DNA of 35,659 bases, taken from the NCBI GenBank assembly GCA_964508365.1, contig CAZDTP010000042.1:1-35659 (forward strand), written 5' to 3'. The notes below the pieces were generated by a model. The model had not been told where the DNA came from, searched no databases, and saw nothing but the letters and a program-made list of their open reading frames with translations. Positions 16,916-26,521 of the stretch are shown piece after piece (position 1 is the first letter of the stretch; every line of letters starts with the position of its first letter). The position numbers and the translations under genes were made by a program. The DNA comes from an uncultured archaeon (GTDB lineage Archaea > Asgardarchaeota > Lokiarchaeia > Sigyniarchaeales > SOKP01).

Positions 16916-18448
16916 TTGAAAGGTGATAACGCACAGAATAGGGGTTTCGAACCAATTATAAAAAAATACGAAAAAGAAAAAGCACTCGTTCTGGAGAGTA
17001 TTTCGGAGCTTATCGTCTTTCAAGATAAAAAGCAAAATATTTTATGGTTAAATAAAGCAGCAGCAGATTCCGTTGAAAAGACACAAGAAGATTTAATAGG
17101 AGGGATATGTTACTCCGTTTGGCACAATTCTAATAAAATTTGTGTTAATTGCCCTGTAGAACTCTCGTTAAAAATAGGTGAACCTACATCTGGTGAAATT
17201 ACAACTCCACATGGGAGAACTTTTTTCATAAAAGGTTTTCCCGTAAGGGATAATGAAGGAGAAATAATAGGAGCAGTTGAAGTTGCCAGGGAAATAACCA
17301 AACTCAAACAAACTGAAAAAAATTTAATTGATTCTGAAGAAAAGTATCGGAACCTATTTGAGAGTTCCCCTTATTCTATCGGCATATTTGATTTAGACGG
17401 AACTTTAATTGATTGTAATAAAGCTACAGCGAAGCTTTTATCTACTCATAATTTAGAAAATGATATTATTGAAAAGAATTTTAGAGAATTTTGGGGACAT
17501 CATGAGAAAAATAAGCCACTGATCCCATTATTCGAAGGTATCCTTAATAAGCTAAAAAAAGACGGAGAAACATTAGAATTTGAATTTCCTATATATCGAT
17601 CAGCGGGAGGTGTATTATGGGCTCACGCTATCGCTTCATTACTAAAAATAGGAAACGAGGAAAGAATTCGATTTATTGTTCAAGACATTACAGAAAGAAA
17701 ACTTGCCGAGCAAGAATTAGAAACATCGGAAATAAAATATCGAGAAGCGTATAATCGTATTAATTTTTACAAAGACATCTTTTCTCACGATATTAACAAT
17801 ATCTTTCAAAATATCCAAACATCAGTAGAACTTATCGATTTAAATGAGGAACAATCGATTGGCATTAAGAAAGACGATGAATTGTTGGATATTATTAGAA
17901 AACAGATCAAGAGAGGGACCAATTTAGTATCAAACATAAGAAGATTATCGGAAATTGAAAATAAAGACTTAACCTTACAAAAGGAAGAAATTATTAAAGT
18001 TTTAAAAGATGTTATAGACGCTTTAATTAAAGTATTTAAAAATAGAGAGATAAATATTCAGATTTATAATGAACCAAAAGAAGTATATGTTAAAGTAAAT
18101 GAACTTTTACCAGATATATTTGAAAACTTATTAATCAACGCTGTAAGACATAATCAAAATTCAATTATTGAGATTCTTATCAAGTTTTCAAGGGTAGTGA
18201 AGGATGGAGTCAATTTTATCAAACTCGAATTTATTGATAATGGAATTGGTATTTTCCCTGAAATGAAAGAAAAAATCTTTCAGAGAGATCTGGTTGAGAG
18301 AAAGGATAAAATTGGGTTAGGACTTGGTTTAACACTTGTTAAGAAGATAGTCGGAAACTATAACGGCCAAATTTGGGTGGAGGATAAGGTTGCAGGAGAC
18401 CATTCCAAAGGAAGTAATTTTATAATTATATTACCGGAGGAGGTTTAA
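16916..18448 (+). CDS. Soluble PAS-PAS histidine kinase
   Basis: Two PAS/PAC repeats (VAREITKLK; VQDITERK), H-box FSHDINN, N-box FENLLINAVRHN, G1 DNGIGI, G2 GLGLGL. Confidence 0.92.
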   Translation: MKGDNAQNRGFEPIIKKYEKEKALVLESISELIVFQDKKQNILWLNKAAADSVEKTQEDLIGGICYSVWHNSNKICVNCPVELSLKIGEPTSGEITTPHGRTFFIKGFPVRDNEGEIIGAVEVAREITKLKQTEKNLIDSEEKYRNLFESSPYSIGIFDLDGTLIDCNKATAKLLSTHNLENDIIEKNFREFWGHHEKNKPLIPLFEGILNKLKKDGETLEFEFPIYRSAGGVLWAHAIASLLKIGNEERIRFIVQDITERKLAEQELETSEIKYREAYNRINFYKDIFSHDINNIFQNIQTSVELIDLNEEQSIGIKKDDELLDIIRKQIKRGTNLVSNIRRLSEIENKDLTLQKEEIIKVLKDVIDALIKVFKNREINIQIYNEPKEVYVKVNELLPDIFENLLINAVRHNQNSIIEILIKFSRVVKDGVNFIKLEFIDNGIGIFPEMKEKIFQRDLVERKDKIGLGLGLTLVKKIVGNYNGQIWVEDKVAGDHSKGSNFIIILPEEV

Positions 18449-18814
18449 CTGGTTTCAATTTTTATCGTGGAAGACGATTTGTCCTTACAAAAGTTATATG
18501 AGATGATGATTTTCACATTTGGATTTAAAGTTGTTGGAAAAGCGAACAACGGAAAGGAAGCAATTGAAAAATTTTATGCACTAACTAATAAACCCGATGT
18601 AATTTTAATGGACCACCGTATGCCCGTTCAAAATGGAATAGATACAGCGTTAATATTGTTAAAACTAAAAAAACCTCCGAAAATCATCTTCACAAGTGCG
18701 GATATATCTATTAAAAACCGAGCGTTAGCAATAAACGGTTTAACATTTTTAGAAAAACCATTTACTGTGAAGGCTTTACATGATGAGATTATAAAAGTAT
18801 TAGGGATAAGTTAA
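18449..18814 (+). CDS. Stand-alone response regulator (CheY-like receiver); start extended from the track's 18467 to CTG 18449
   Basis: (L/M)VSIFIVEDD beta1/acidic pocket, phospho-Asp in VILMDHRMP, FTSAD, EKPF; GGAGGAGGT SD at 18436-18444. Confidence 0.88.
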   Translation: MVSIFIVEDDLSLQKLYEMMIFTFGFKVVGKANNGKEAIEKFYALTNKPDVILMDHRMPVQNGIDTALILLKLKKPPKIIFTSADISIKNRALAINGLTFLEKPFTVKALHDEIIKVLGIS

Positions 18815-19024
18815 TTTTTCCACCAGTTCAAACCGATTAAGATTCTTTCTCCTCCAGAAAGTTAATTTAAAAGAGTTCAACAGTTCAATTATAAGAAAAT
18901 TACTCCTTTTTATGAAAGCCTTTTATGACAAATTTAAAATTAAGCAAATAATTTTCGAACGTATAAAGAATTTTTAATCTAAATTCAAAAATTATAAAAA
19001 AAAAAGATAAAAAGGTATTAAAAT

Positions 19025-20512
19025 ATGAGCTATAAATTAGCAGATGATAAGGATTTAGACGCGATGATTGGTATTGTAGGAAAAGAGTATGCCACCAATA
19101 ACAAGGCAATTACAGCGTCATATCTTTCCAAATCTGTAATGGGATTAGAGTCACAAATTCCTGATATCGTCGTACGCCCCAAATACATTGAAGAAATTCG
19201 TAAAATTCTACTTTACTGCTCTGCAGAAAAAATTGCAGTCTCACCGATTTCAGCCGGACTATCAGGCGGCTTTGCGTGTCCAACTATTAAGCCTGCGGGA
19301 GTTATGCTTGATTTAGGTAGAATGAATAGAATTATCGAAGTCGATACAGATAATCGATACGTCGTAGTCGAACCGGGAGTCACGATTGGAGAGCTTTGGG
19401 CTTACATGCATAAAAATTATCCAGAGTGGGCGCCTCCCGTACCAGACGGTGCTCCACCAGCTTCTACCGTAATGGGTGATGCTATCGATCGAGGGTTTTC
19501 CCTTTATACTAGCTCCGTTGGTCCACAAGGTGATAACTTCATGTGCGGTGAAATAGTGTTTCCAAACGGAGATATTGTGCGAACTGGTTCTTGGGCTCTT
19601 CCATTTGCGAAACCGTTCTATAAATATGGATTAGGTCCAGATATCTGGTCCTTTTTAATGGGTTCACAAGGAGCTTTAGGCGTAATGACTAAAGTCGCAG
19701 TTAAAATATATCCTCATCCAAAATTTAAGACTGTGGTTGTGTGGGGTATGTCCAATCCTGAGGATATGCAGAACCTAACACTAGAAATAGGAAAACAAGA
19801 ATTTGGAATTGCTCACAACACCGTTATGGTTCAAGGTGGGAATTATCCTTTAGTAATGACGCGTTGGCCAAAGGATAAAGTTCCTCACGATTATGAATTC
19901 TACGAACAGTTAGGAATTAGTAGGTGGTGGATGAATTGGGAGTGCTGGGCACAAACTCAAGAAGAGTTAGATTATGTAGTTAATAGAATCAATAAAATGG
20001 CTGAAGATTTCAAGAAAAATAGAGCTAAAGACCCTGATAGTATAAAACCTCAGGAACTACATCCCAAACAAATCGCTAGCAGATTGAAGAAACCCAATAA
20101 GATTGCAGTTCCTTATTCTTTTTGGGAGGCAGGATTTTTATTCATTACGTTCTATACCCCATGGAACGAATGCGCCCATTTTGCTGAAATGTATACTGCT
20201 GCTATGGAGAAATATGGTTTTCCACCAGTCATGTGGATTGCTAGTATTGAACGTTGTAGACAAGCAATTTGTATGCCAATTATTTGTTTCGATAGCACAA
20301 AACCATCAGATTTCGAAAAAGTTCAAGAGATGAATAGAGAAACAACAGAATACGCGCTTAAGCAAGGGTGGTTGAATTATCGTCCAGATCCATACATCCA
20401 CGCACCTCTCACTTATTCTCAAGCAGGAATGTATTGGAAATATTTGAGGATGATAAAGAAGATGTTTGATCCTAATCAAATTATGCATCCTGGGAGGCTT
20501 GCTCTTCCATAA
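19025..20512 (+). CDS. FAD-binding oxidoreductase, VAO/PCMH (GlcD-like) subunit
   Basis: PDIVVRPK...E, MLDLGRMNRIIEVD, VVEPGVT, GEIVFPNGDIVRTGS, GSQGALGVMTK, FDPNQIMHPGR. Confidence 0.88.
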   Translation: MSYKLADDKDLDAMIGIVGKEYATNNKAITASYLSKSVMGLESQIPDIVVRPKYIEEIRKILLYCSAEKIAVSPISAGLSGGFACPTIKPAGVMLDLGRMNRIIEVDTDNRYVVVEPGVTIGELWAYMHKNYPEWAPPVPDGAPPASTVMGDAIDRGFSLYTSSVGPQGDNFMCGEIVFPNGDIVRTGSWALPFAKPFYKYGLGPDIWSFLMGSQGALGVMTKVAVKIYPHPKFKTVVVWGMSNPEDMQNLTLEIGKQEFGIAHNTVMVQGGNYPLVMTRWPKDKVPHDYEFYEQLGISRWWMNWECWAQTQEELDYVVNRINKMAEDFKKNRAKDPDSIKPQELHPKQIASRLKKPNKIAVPYSFWEAGFLFITFYTPWNECAHFAEMYTAAMEKYGFPPVMWIASIERCRQAICMPIICFDSTKPSDFEKVQEMNRETTEYALKQGWLNYRPDPYIHAPLTYSQAGMYWKYLRMIKKMFDPNQIMHPGRLALP

Positions 20513-20520
20513 CTGAGTAA

Positions 20521-20526
20521 GGAGGT
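20521..20526 (+). promoter_or_regulatory. Shine-Dalgarno GGAGGT
   Basis: 8 nt upstream of ATG 20535. Confidence 0.6.
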
Positions 20527-20534
20527 AAAAAAAA

Positions 20535-21890
20535 ATGGCTAAAACTGGAATGGAAAGATTAAAAGAATTAGAAAAGGAAATATATAAGTGTATCCATTGT
20601 AAAGCTTGTAGGTTTGCTTATTCGGGAGAGCCTAGTAGAGCTGGAATAGGGGAATTCACTGGAAAACAAGGTACAGTTCTTTACGAAGGAATGCTTGACG
20701 CGTGTCCTGCTGGAATAGAATACGGTTGGGAAGCATTTTGGAACGCTGGTAAAATTTGGATTGCTCGTTCAATTTTAAGCGGAGATTTAGAATTTTCTGA
20801 TGAAGTAAGGGATGTGATTATGCCGTGCATTACATGCGGACAATGTTCAGCCCAATGTGATAATAAAATACCCACAGTAGACATCATTGAATCTTTACGG
20901 GCTGCGTGTATAGAATCAGGTGTTCCTATGATTGAGAAACATCAATTAGTCGATCGCCTAGTCAAGGAATTAAACAATCCTTACGGCGGAAAGGCAAATG
21001 AACGATTTAAATGGGCGAAGGATGCCGGTTTAGGAAAATATATAAATAATAAAAACGCTAAAATTGGATATTATGTCGGTTGTACTGCTAGCTATCGGCA
21101 AATAGAAGTTGCAGTCGCTACAGCAAAAATTTTTGAACAATTAGGAATAGATTTTACATTAATCGAAGAAGAAGTGTGTTGTGGAAGCCCCTTCTTTAGA
21201 ATCGGCGCCGTTGATACTGCCCAAGAGTTAATGAGGAAAAATCTCGAGGCTTTTAAGAATTTAGAAACGGTCTATTTCTCATGTGCAGGTTGTTATCGGA
21301 CTATAACGATTGATTATCCAAAATGGATGGCAGAAGACGAGAAACTCCCTTTTAAAACCATGCATGCATTTGAATTAGTTTCAAAATTAATCACTGAAGG
21401 AAAGATTAAATTCAAACCTAATAAAGAACTCAAGGGAAAAGTTGTAACATATCACGATCCTTGCCATACTGGAAGACATTTTGCGCTTGACATGGAACAA
21501 AAAATGATCAAGAACTCCAAGAACCTAATGTTTGATATGCGCAAGGTAGACAAAGCGATCGACGAATGGTTTGAAATTCCTAGAGTTATTTTACGGAAAC
21601 TTGAAGAAGATGTCGGGATTAAGTTTACTGAGATGTATCGTATAAAAAATAATTCGATGTGTTGTGGTGCTGGTGGAGGAGTTAGAGCAGGTTACCCTGA
21701 ATTCTCAATACGAACTGCAAGTCTGCGATGCGATGAAGCTAATGCAGTAGGAGCAGATATTTTGACAACTGAATGTCCTTTTTGTTGGAGGAATTTAAGC
21801 GATGCTAATGATCAGTATAATCATGGTATGCAAGTAATGGGCGTTCTGGAAATGATCTCTAAATACAATTTATTAGATATAATCTCTTAA
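20535..21890 (+). CDS. Fe-S oxidoreductase, GlcF/HdrD/GlpC-like (2x[4Fe-4S] + two CCG domains)
   Basis: CIHCKAC...CP, CITCGQCSAQC, YVGCTA, VCCGSP, FSCAGC, YHDPCHTGR, MCCGAGGG, TECPFC. Confidence 0.9.
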   Translation: MAKTGMERLKELEKEIYKCIHCKACRFAYSGEPSRAGIGEFTGKQGTVLYEGMLDACPAGIEYGWEAFWNAGKIWIARSILSGDLEFSDEVRDVIMPCITCGQCSAQCDNKIPTVDIIESLRAACIESGVPMIEKHQLVDRLVKELNNPYGGKANERFKWAKDAGLGKYINNKNAKIGYYVGCTASYRQIEVAVATAKIFEQLGIDFTLIEEEVCCGSPFFRIGAVDTAQELMRKNLEAFKNLETVYFSCAGCYRTITIDYPKWMAEDEKLPFKTMHAFELVSKLITEGKIKFKPNKELKGKVVTYHDPCHTGRHFALDMEQKMIKNSKNLMFDMRKVDKAIDEWFEIPRVILRKLEEDVGIKFTEMYRIKNNSMCCGAGGGVRAGYPEFSIRTASLRCDEANAVGADILTTECPFCWRNLSDANDQYNHGMQVMGVLEMISKYNLLDIIS

Positions 21891-21905
21891 TACAATTTAT
21901 TAGAT
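21855..21905 (+). repeat. 24-nt direct tandem repeat (1 mismatch, 27-nt period) over the gene's 3' end
   Basis: ATCTCTAAATACAATTTATTAGAT (21855-21878) and ATCTCTTAATACAATTTATTAGAT (21882-21905). Confidence 0.8.
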
Positions 21906-21925
21906 GCATCAAATTGAAAATAAGT

Positions 21926-21949
21926 AAGGAGAATCACTCCTTTTTTTTT
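21926..21949 (+). terminator. Hairpin + U-tract terminator
   Basis: AAGGAG-aatca-CTCCTT stem-loop running into T9, 36 nt after the stop. Confidence 0.55.
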
Positions 21950-22090
21950 ATCTTTTTAGAATAAAAATATGTTTCTAGTTATTCTATAATTACTAAAATC
22001 AGTAATTAGAAAGCATCACACAAAATAATACTAAAAAAATAAATTCGAAAATTTTTATTACTATTAAAAAGAAGTTTGGGGTTTTTTTAG

Positions 22091-25000
22091 TTGACTAACG
22101 TGGAAAATAAGACGGCTTACCCATATATAACAGAATTTAAAAAGGAGCCGTTTAAGTCTTTTGTTTTAACAAATAGAAAGGATATCGGTAATTTCTATTT
22201 AAGTAATTACAATAATGTTCTAGAATTATATCAGGATCATAATAAGAACTTAATTGAAGAATCGTCTTTAAGTTTGGAGGATATTTTTTGGTTTCTCCTT
22301 CTGAGGAAATATCTCAAACAAAAAGTGGACGACCATAGTGAAGGTTTCTTAGAATTTATAAAAAAGTGTGAAGTTGAGATAATTGAAAAAGATCAATTGG
22401 GATTCAAATCATCGCCTTATTCAGTAAAAAGACCTGATATTTGGTCAACATACCATGCTCTAGCAAGTTTAGAATTATTAGGAGTGCTCCAAAAGTACTT
22501 ATCGTCTAAAGGCCAAGATATTGTTATTGAAGAAATTAAGAATTTTATTTATGATCATAAAAGAAATAATGGATTCTTACATTGCCTTGACAAACAATGC
22601 GAATTATGTAATCAAGGACCTTTAGGAAAGACTTTTTACTATGTTGTTGAAAATCTCATGCTTATCGGTGTTGATGTAAGGGTTTTCATAGAGCAATTCC
22701 GTCAATATTTAAGAGAAAGAAAAAAAGATGTATCATTAATTTTTAAACTCCTCAGTTTAAAATTCTTTGATTTAGATTCAGATGTAAAAGATAAGGAAAT
22801 TCAGCATTTCTATCAATTTCAACAGGCAAATGGAGGTTTTGTCATAGATTCAATTGAAGGAGATATTGAAACTACATTTTGGTGCGTAAATCTTCTAGAT
22901 ATATACTCATGGCTTATAGATTACAACTCAGCAAGAATTTATTCTTTTATCGCTGAGAAATTAGACTCATTATTGAAAGATAAAGAAAGATGGAATTTAA
23001 TCGCGTTAAGAAATGTTACTAAACTAGTAATCTTGCTATCTATTATCTGGAATCGTTTTATCGAAGAAATCGAAAGAGTCGTATTTAAGCGGTTAGAGAT
23101 TTATAATTTTATCGATTTAAACCAGATAAAAACTACCTTTGGGTTAAACCATGGAGTAGAGGAGATTGTACTCTATATCAACCTCAATTATATGTTTAGT
23201 TTGAAGAATATCGATATTACTTCGGAATTTAATAAATACCTACAAAATTTAAGTCATGGTAAAAAGATAATAATCCAAGAAGTTTACGAACAATTAAGAA
23301 ATAATAGTATTGTATCACTTTCGGATATTTACAAAAAATATAAAAGTTCCTACCAACAGGAACCTGTGAAATTAAAAGAAGACATCTTTCCGATCATATA
23401 TGACTTAATAAGCAACCACTTTTTTGAAGGGGAGATCAGAGCAAAAAAGGCTTATTTATTCAAAACAAAATTCTACTTTTGTTTAGATTTTTTATACAAA
23501 AACATAATTATTTCCGATAAGGAAATTAACACCGAAAGATTGTTTGAAGAAAAAGCTAAACTGAAGGAAATTAAAAATGATATTTACAATATGACTTTGA
23601 AGCTTAAAAACACTATCCCTCTTATCAAAGAAGAAATAGAATCATATCTTTTGATAGACGAAGTTGATTTCGCTAAACAAAGGTTGAAGTTTGTATTGAG
23701 AGATTCATTAATGGAAGCAGATTTTCTTAATAAAAACATTGAAACATCTTTCAATCAAGATCTTATATACATCAACCTACAAGCTGCTTTAGGTTCTGAA
23801 ATATCTCAATGGAACAAGTCATACTCTTTATTGCAAAAGCGTTTAGGTGAATTAAATAATTATCTCCTAGAAAAGATCCAAGAGATGGAAAAATTAAAAA
23901 AATTTAGCATTATTTTAGACGAACTAGATAATAGAATATACGATATTCAGGATCAGATAAATCGCGAGATAGATTCTTTTAAAAATTACATTACGGAAGT
24001 TCTTGAGAAGGGTTATGATGAAGAAAAATTAAATCTTATTATAAATGCATTTAATAAAATAGCTCAGGTTGTAAGCAAATACGATTCAGTTATTTACAAA
24101 GTCTCGCATCAAATTACATCTAAAGAGAAAAAGATTGCAAAGAACCATAAGAAAATAATATATAAATGGGTTAATTTTAAAGAGAACTTTGATTTGATTT
24201 TTGCTGATTATACTAATGGTTTTCAGTTTTTCAACGAATTAAATAGACAGATAGGAAATGTTAAAGATAATATACAAGAAGGAATTTTGCAAATTAAAGA
24301 GGACGCTAAAAATAGTGCGTCTCAAAATCAATATCAAGACGCATTTAATATTATCAAGATGGAAGCGGATAACCTACTAAAAGAAAAAACAAAGGAAATT
24401 CAAAGCTTAAAATTAAATGTTAAAAAAAACACTTCCTTTAAACAGAAACTATTCCCGCTTTATAAATATATAAATGAAAAGCTCGACAGTCTGGAAGAAA
24501 ACATTATTGAGTTCATAGCCGAACAGGAGCAATTTTTAAAAGAAAAGGTTATAGAAGAAAGAAATAGAGCAAGTGTTGAGGATTTTGATAGTTTTGTTTC
24601 CGATACTATCCAAAATTTTAAGAATAAGTTAGAAAATTACAGGAAAAACATTGAGCAAAACAAAACAAATAAAATTCCGAATGTTATTAGTGGTTTTGAT
24701 GCAATTCTAATTGATTTTAACGAAAATAATAAGATTTTTTCTAAAAAGCTAATAAATCTAAAAATCATTATCCCAGATCTTGATGAAAGTTCGATAAAAA
24801 TAATACAATGGGAGAAATTTAAAGTTTTTATTAGTGATGAAGTTGATAAACTGAAGGAAGAATATGTGAATGGCATTATTTCTCAAGAAATTATACTCAT
24901 GAGTGAGGAGGAGCACACAGACACAATTAGTATAAAAAAACTAGCCGATAAGCTAAAAATCAAATGTAAAGCGATAATTCCAAGAATTAAAGACATGATA

Positions 25001-26503
25001 GAGGTGTCTAAATTGCAAGGTGATTTACTTGAAGATAAAAAAGAACTAATAGTTCACACTGAAGCTTATCATAAATATAGAGAATTAAAAAATTTTACAG
25101 AAAATAGAATTATTAAGCAAACACAAGAGGCAGTAGGAAAATTATTAGCCCTTTACGATTCGTGTATAAAAAACAAAACTCTTGGAGTAAATTTATTAGA
25201 AATTGAGAATAGAATTAAAGATTTAAGTGATTTGAAGGAATCTATTACCAACCAATACAACACTAAGACAAAAGAGTTAAATGTTGACGAGAATAGATTA
25301 GAGAATATGGAACTGATTAAGAATCTAAAAGCGGTTATAGATAATAATGAGATAGCGATTTTGAATATAAAAGAAAATTTAGTGATTTTTGAGGACTTAC
25401 AAATATTCATTGTCGATGTGTTAGATAATGTAAAAATCGAAATAGAAAACCAACTAACTAAAACTTTTGATAATGTTGAGAGAGCTGAGTCCCATGCAAA
25501 GATGAGGGAAATTCTTGAAGGGAGAAAGGAGCGTGTTATAATTAGACTAAAACAGGTTGACGAAAAAATCGAGAATAGATTGAAATCGATCATTAGTATA
25601 TCTTATGAATCAAGGAAATTTGAGACCGAAGCGAGAGAATTCTACGTTAAGAAAAAGAATGTGATTAAAAAAAGAGTAGAAGAAAGAGTTCAAGCAATAA
25701 ATGATAAAATAAATTCTTTAAGGTTTGAGACGGATCGAGGTAAATTATTAACCACGATTACCAACAAAAATACCCATTTATCTCAATTATTAGGAACATT
25801 GCAGACGAGGGTTGAAGATTATATCGAAACAGGGCAGTATAAGAGAGCCTACTTAAAAGTTAGTAAAAAAAAGGTCTCTATCGAGCAGGAAATTAAAAAT
25901 ACAAGTAAAGAAATAAAAGATTTAATTAGGACATTTAACCGAAATTCGAACGATTTCGAAACCAAAAATATTCACATCATAGATGATTTTAACCGCTTTA
26001 TTAAAGAATTTAACGACATTTTAAGAGAGAAAGTAAACACATTAGAAGAATTAATCATAAAGTCATATGTAGAAATGGCAATAAAAGCCGTTGCTAATGA
26101 ATTCTTAACCTTAAGTTTCTTGCAGAATGAATTGAAGATAAAAAAACCACTTATTCAAAAAAACCTAATTTCTCTGATTAGTGCTGGAAAATTGAAAGGG
26201 AAATACGATCCTCAGATCGGTTTATACTACGAAAACCCGGAAGTTCTGAATAAGCTTGATGAAAAAGAGTTAGAAGTTATAAAGAAAATGAATTTCCGTG
26301 TATATATATTTATGAGGCGTTTAAAGAATTTTACAAACCAATATGGTTCCATTATTGCTTTCTTTGCATCTCTCCTTACAATATCTTATTATATCTTCCG
26401 AATTACAGGAGAAAACCCAATTACGATAATGATTCCTATTATTTTGACATTAGTAGTACTTGGTTACCTTCTCTTTAAGAAAAAGAAAGATGAAAAGATT
26501 TGA
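22091..26503 (+). CDS. 1470-aa multidomain protein: prenyltransferase-like repeats, winged helices, long coiled coil, PCI-like winged helices, C-terminal 2-TM anchor
   Basis: LGF...PDIWSTYHALASLELLG, KRNNGF, FQQANGGF...GDIETTFW; heptad-rich res ~480-1330; TISIKKLADKLKI...MIEVSKLQG and LTLSFLQNELKI...LISAGKLKGKYD; two hydrophobic helices then KKKK. Confidence 0.8.
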   Translation: MTNVENKTAYPYITEFKKEPFKSFVLTNRKDIGNFYLSNYNNVLELYQDHNKNLIEESSLSLEDIFWFLLLRKYLKQKVDDHSEGFLEFIKKCEVEIIEKDQLGFKSSPYSVKRPDIWSTYHALASLELLGVLQKYLSSKGQDIVIEEIKNFIYDHKRNNGFLHCLDKQCELCNQGPLGKTFYYVVENLMLIGVDVRVFIEQFRQYLRERKKDVSLIFKLLSLKFFDLDSDVKDKEIQHFYQFQQANGGFVIDSIEGDIETTFWCVNLLDIYSWLIDYNSARIYSFIAEKLDSLLKDKERWNLIALRNVTKLVILLSIIWNRFIEEIERVVFKRLEIYNFIDLNQIKTTFGLNHGVEEIVLYINLNYMFSLKNIDITSEFNKYLQNLSHGKKIIIQEVYEQLRNNSIVSLSDIYKKYKSSYQQEPVKLKEDIFPIIYDLISNHFFEGEIRAKKAYLFKTKFYFCLDFLYKNIIISDKEINTERLFEEKAKLKEIKNDIYNMTLKLKNTIPLIKEEIESYLLIDEVDFAKQRLKFVLRDSLMEADFLNKNIETSFNQDLIYINLQAALGSEISQWNKSYSLLQKRLGELNNYLLEKIQEMEKLKKFSIILDELDNRIYDIQDQINREIDSFKNYITEVLEKGYDEEKLNLIINAFNKIAQVVSKYDSVIYKVSHQITSKEKKIAKNHKKIIYKWVNFKENFDLIFADYTNGFQFFNELNRQIGNVKDNIQEGILQIKEDAKNSASQNQYQDAFNIIKMEADNLLKEKTKEIQSLKLNVKKNTSFKQKLFPLYKYINEKLDSLEENIIEFIAEQEQFLKEKVIEERNRASVEDFDSFVSDTIQNFKNKLENYRKNIEQNKTNKIPNVISGFDAILIDFNENNKIFSKKLINLKIIIPDLDESSIKIIQWEKFKVFISDEVDKLKEEYVNGIISQEIILMSEEEHTDTISIKKLADKLKIKCKAIIPRIKDMIEVSKLQGDLLEDKKELIVHTEAYHKYRELKNFTENRIIKQTQEAVGKLLALYDSCIKNKTLGVNLLEIENRIKDLSDLKESITNQYNTKTKELNVDENRLENMELIKNLKAVIDNNEIAILNIKENLVIFEDLQIFIVDVLDNVKIEIENQLTKTFDNVERAESHAKMREILEGRKERVIIRLKQVDEKIENRLKSIISISYESRKFETEAREFYVKKKNVIKKRVEERVQAINDKINSLRFETDRGKLLTTITNKNTHLSQLLGTLQTRVEDYIETGQYKRAYLKVSKKKVSIEQEIKNTSKEIKDLIRTFNRNSNDFETKNIHIIDDFNRFIKEFNDILREKVNTLEELIIKSYVEMAIKAVANEFLTLSFLQNELKIKKPLIQKNLISLISAGKLKGKYDPQIGLYYENPEVLNKLDEKELEVIKKMNFRVYIFMRRLKNFTNQYGSIIAFFASLLTISYYIFRITGENPITIMIPIILTLVVLGYLLFKKKKDEKI

Positions 26504-26521
26504 TTTTGATATTCCGTTATT

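Noticed and set aside
19025-21890. Selenocysteine (UGA) recoding in the Fe-S/flavoprotein pair
   Set aside because: Both ORFs are complete with no in-frame TGA; no SECIS recognised
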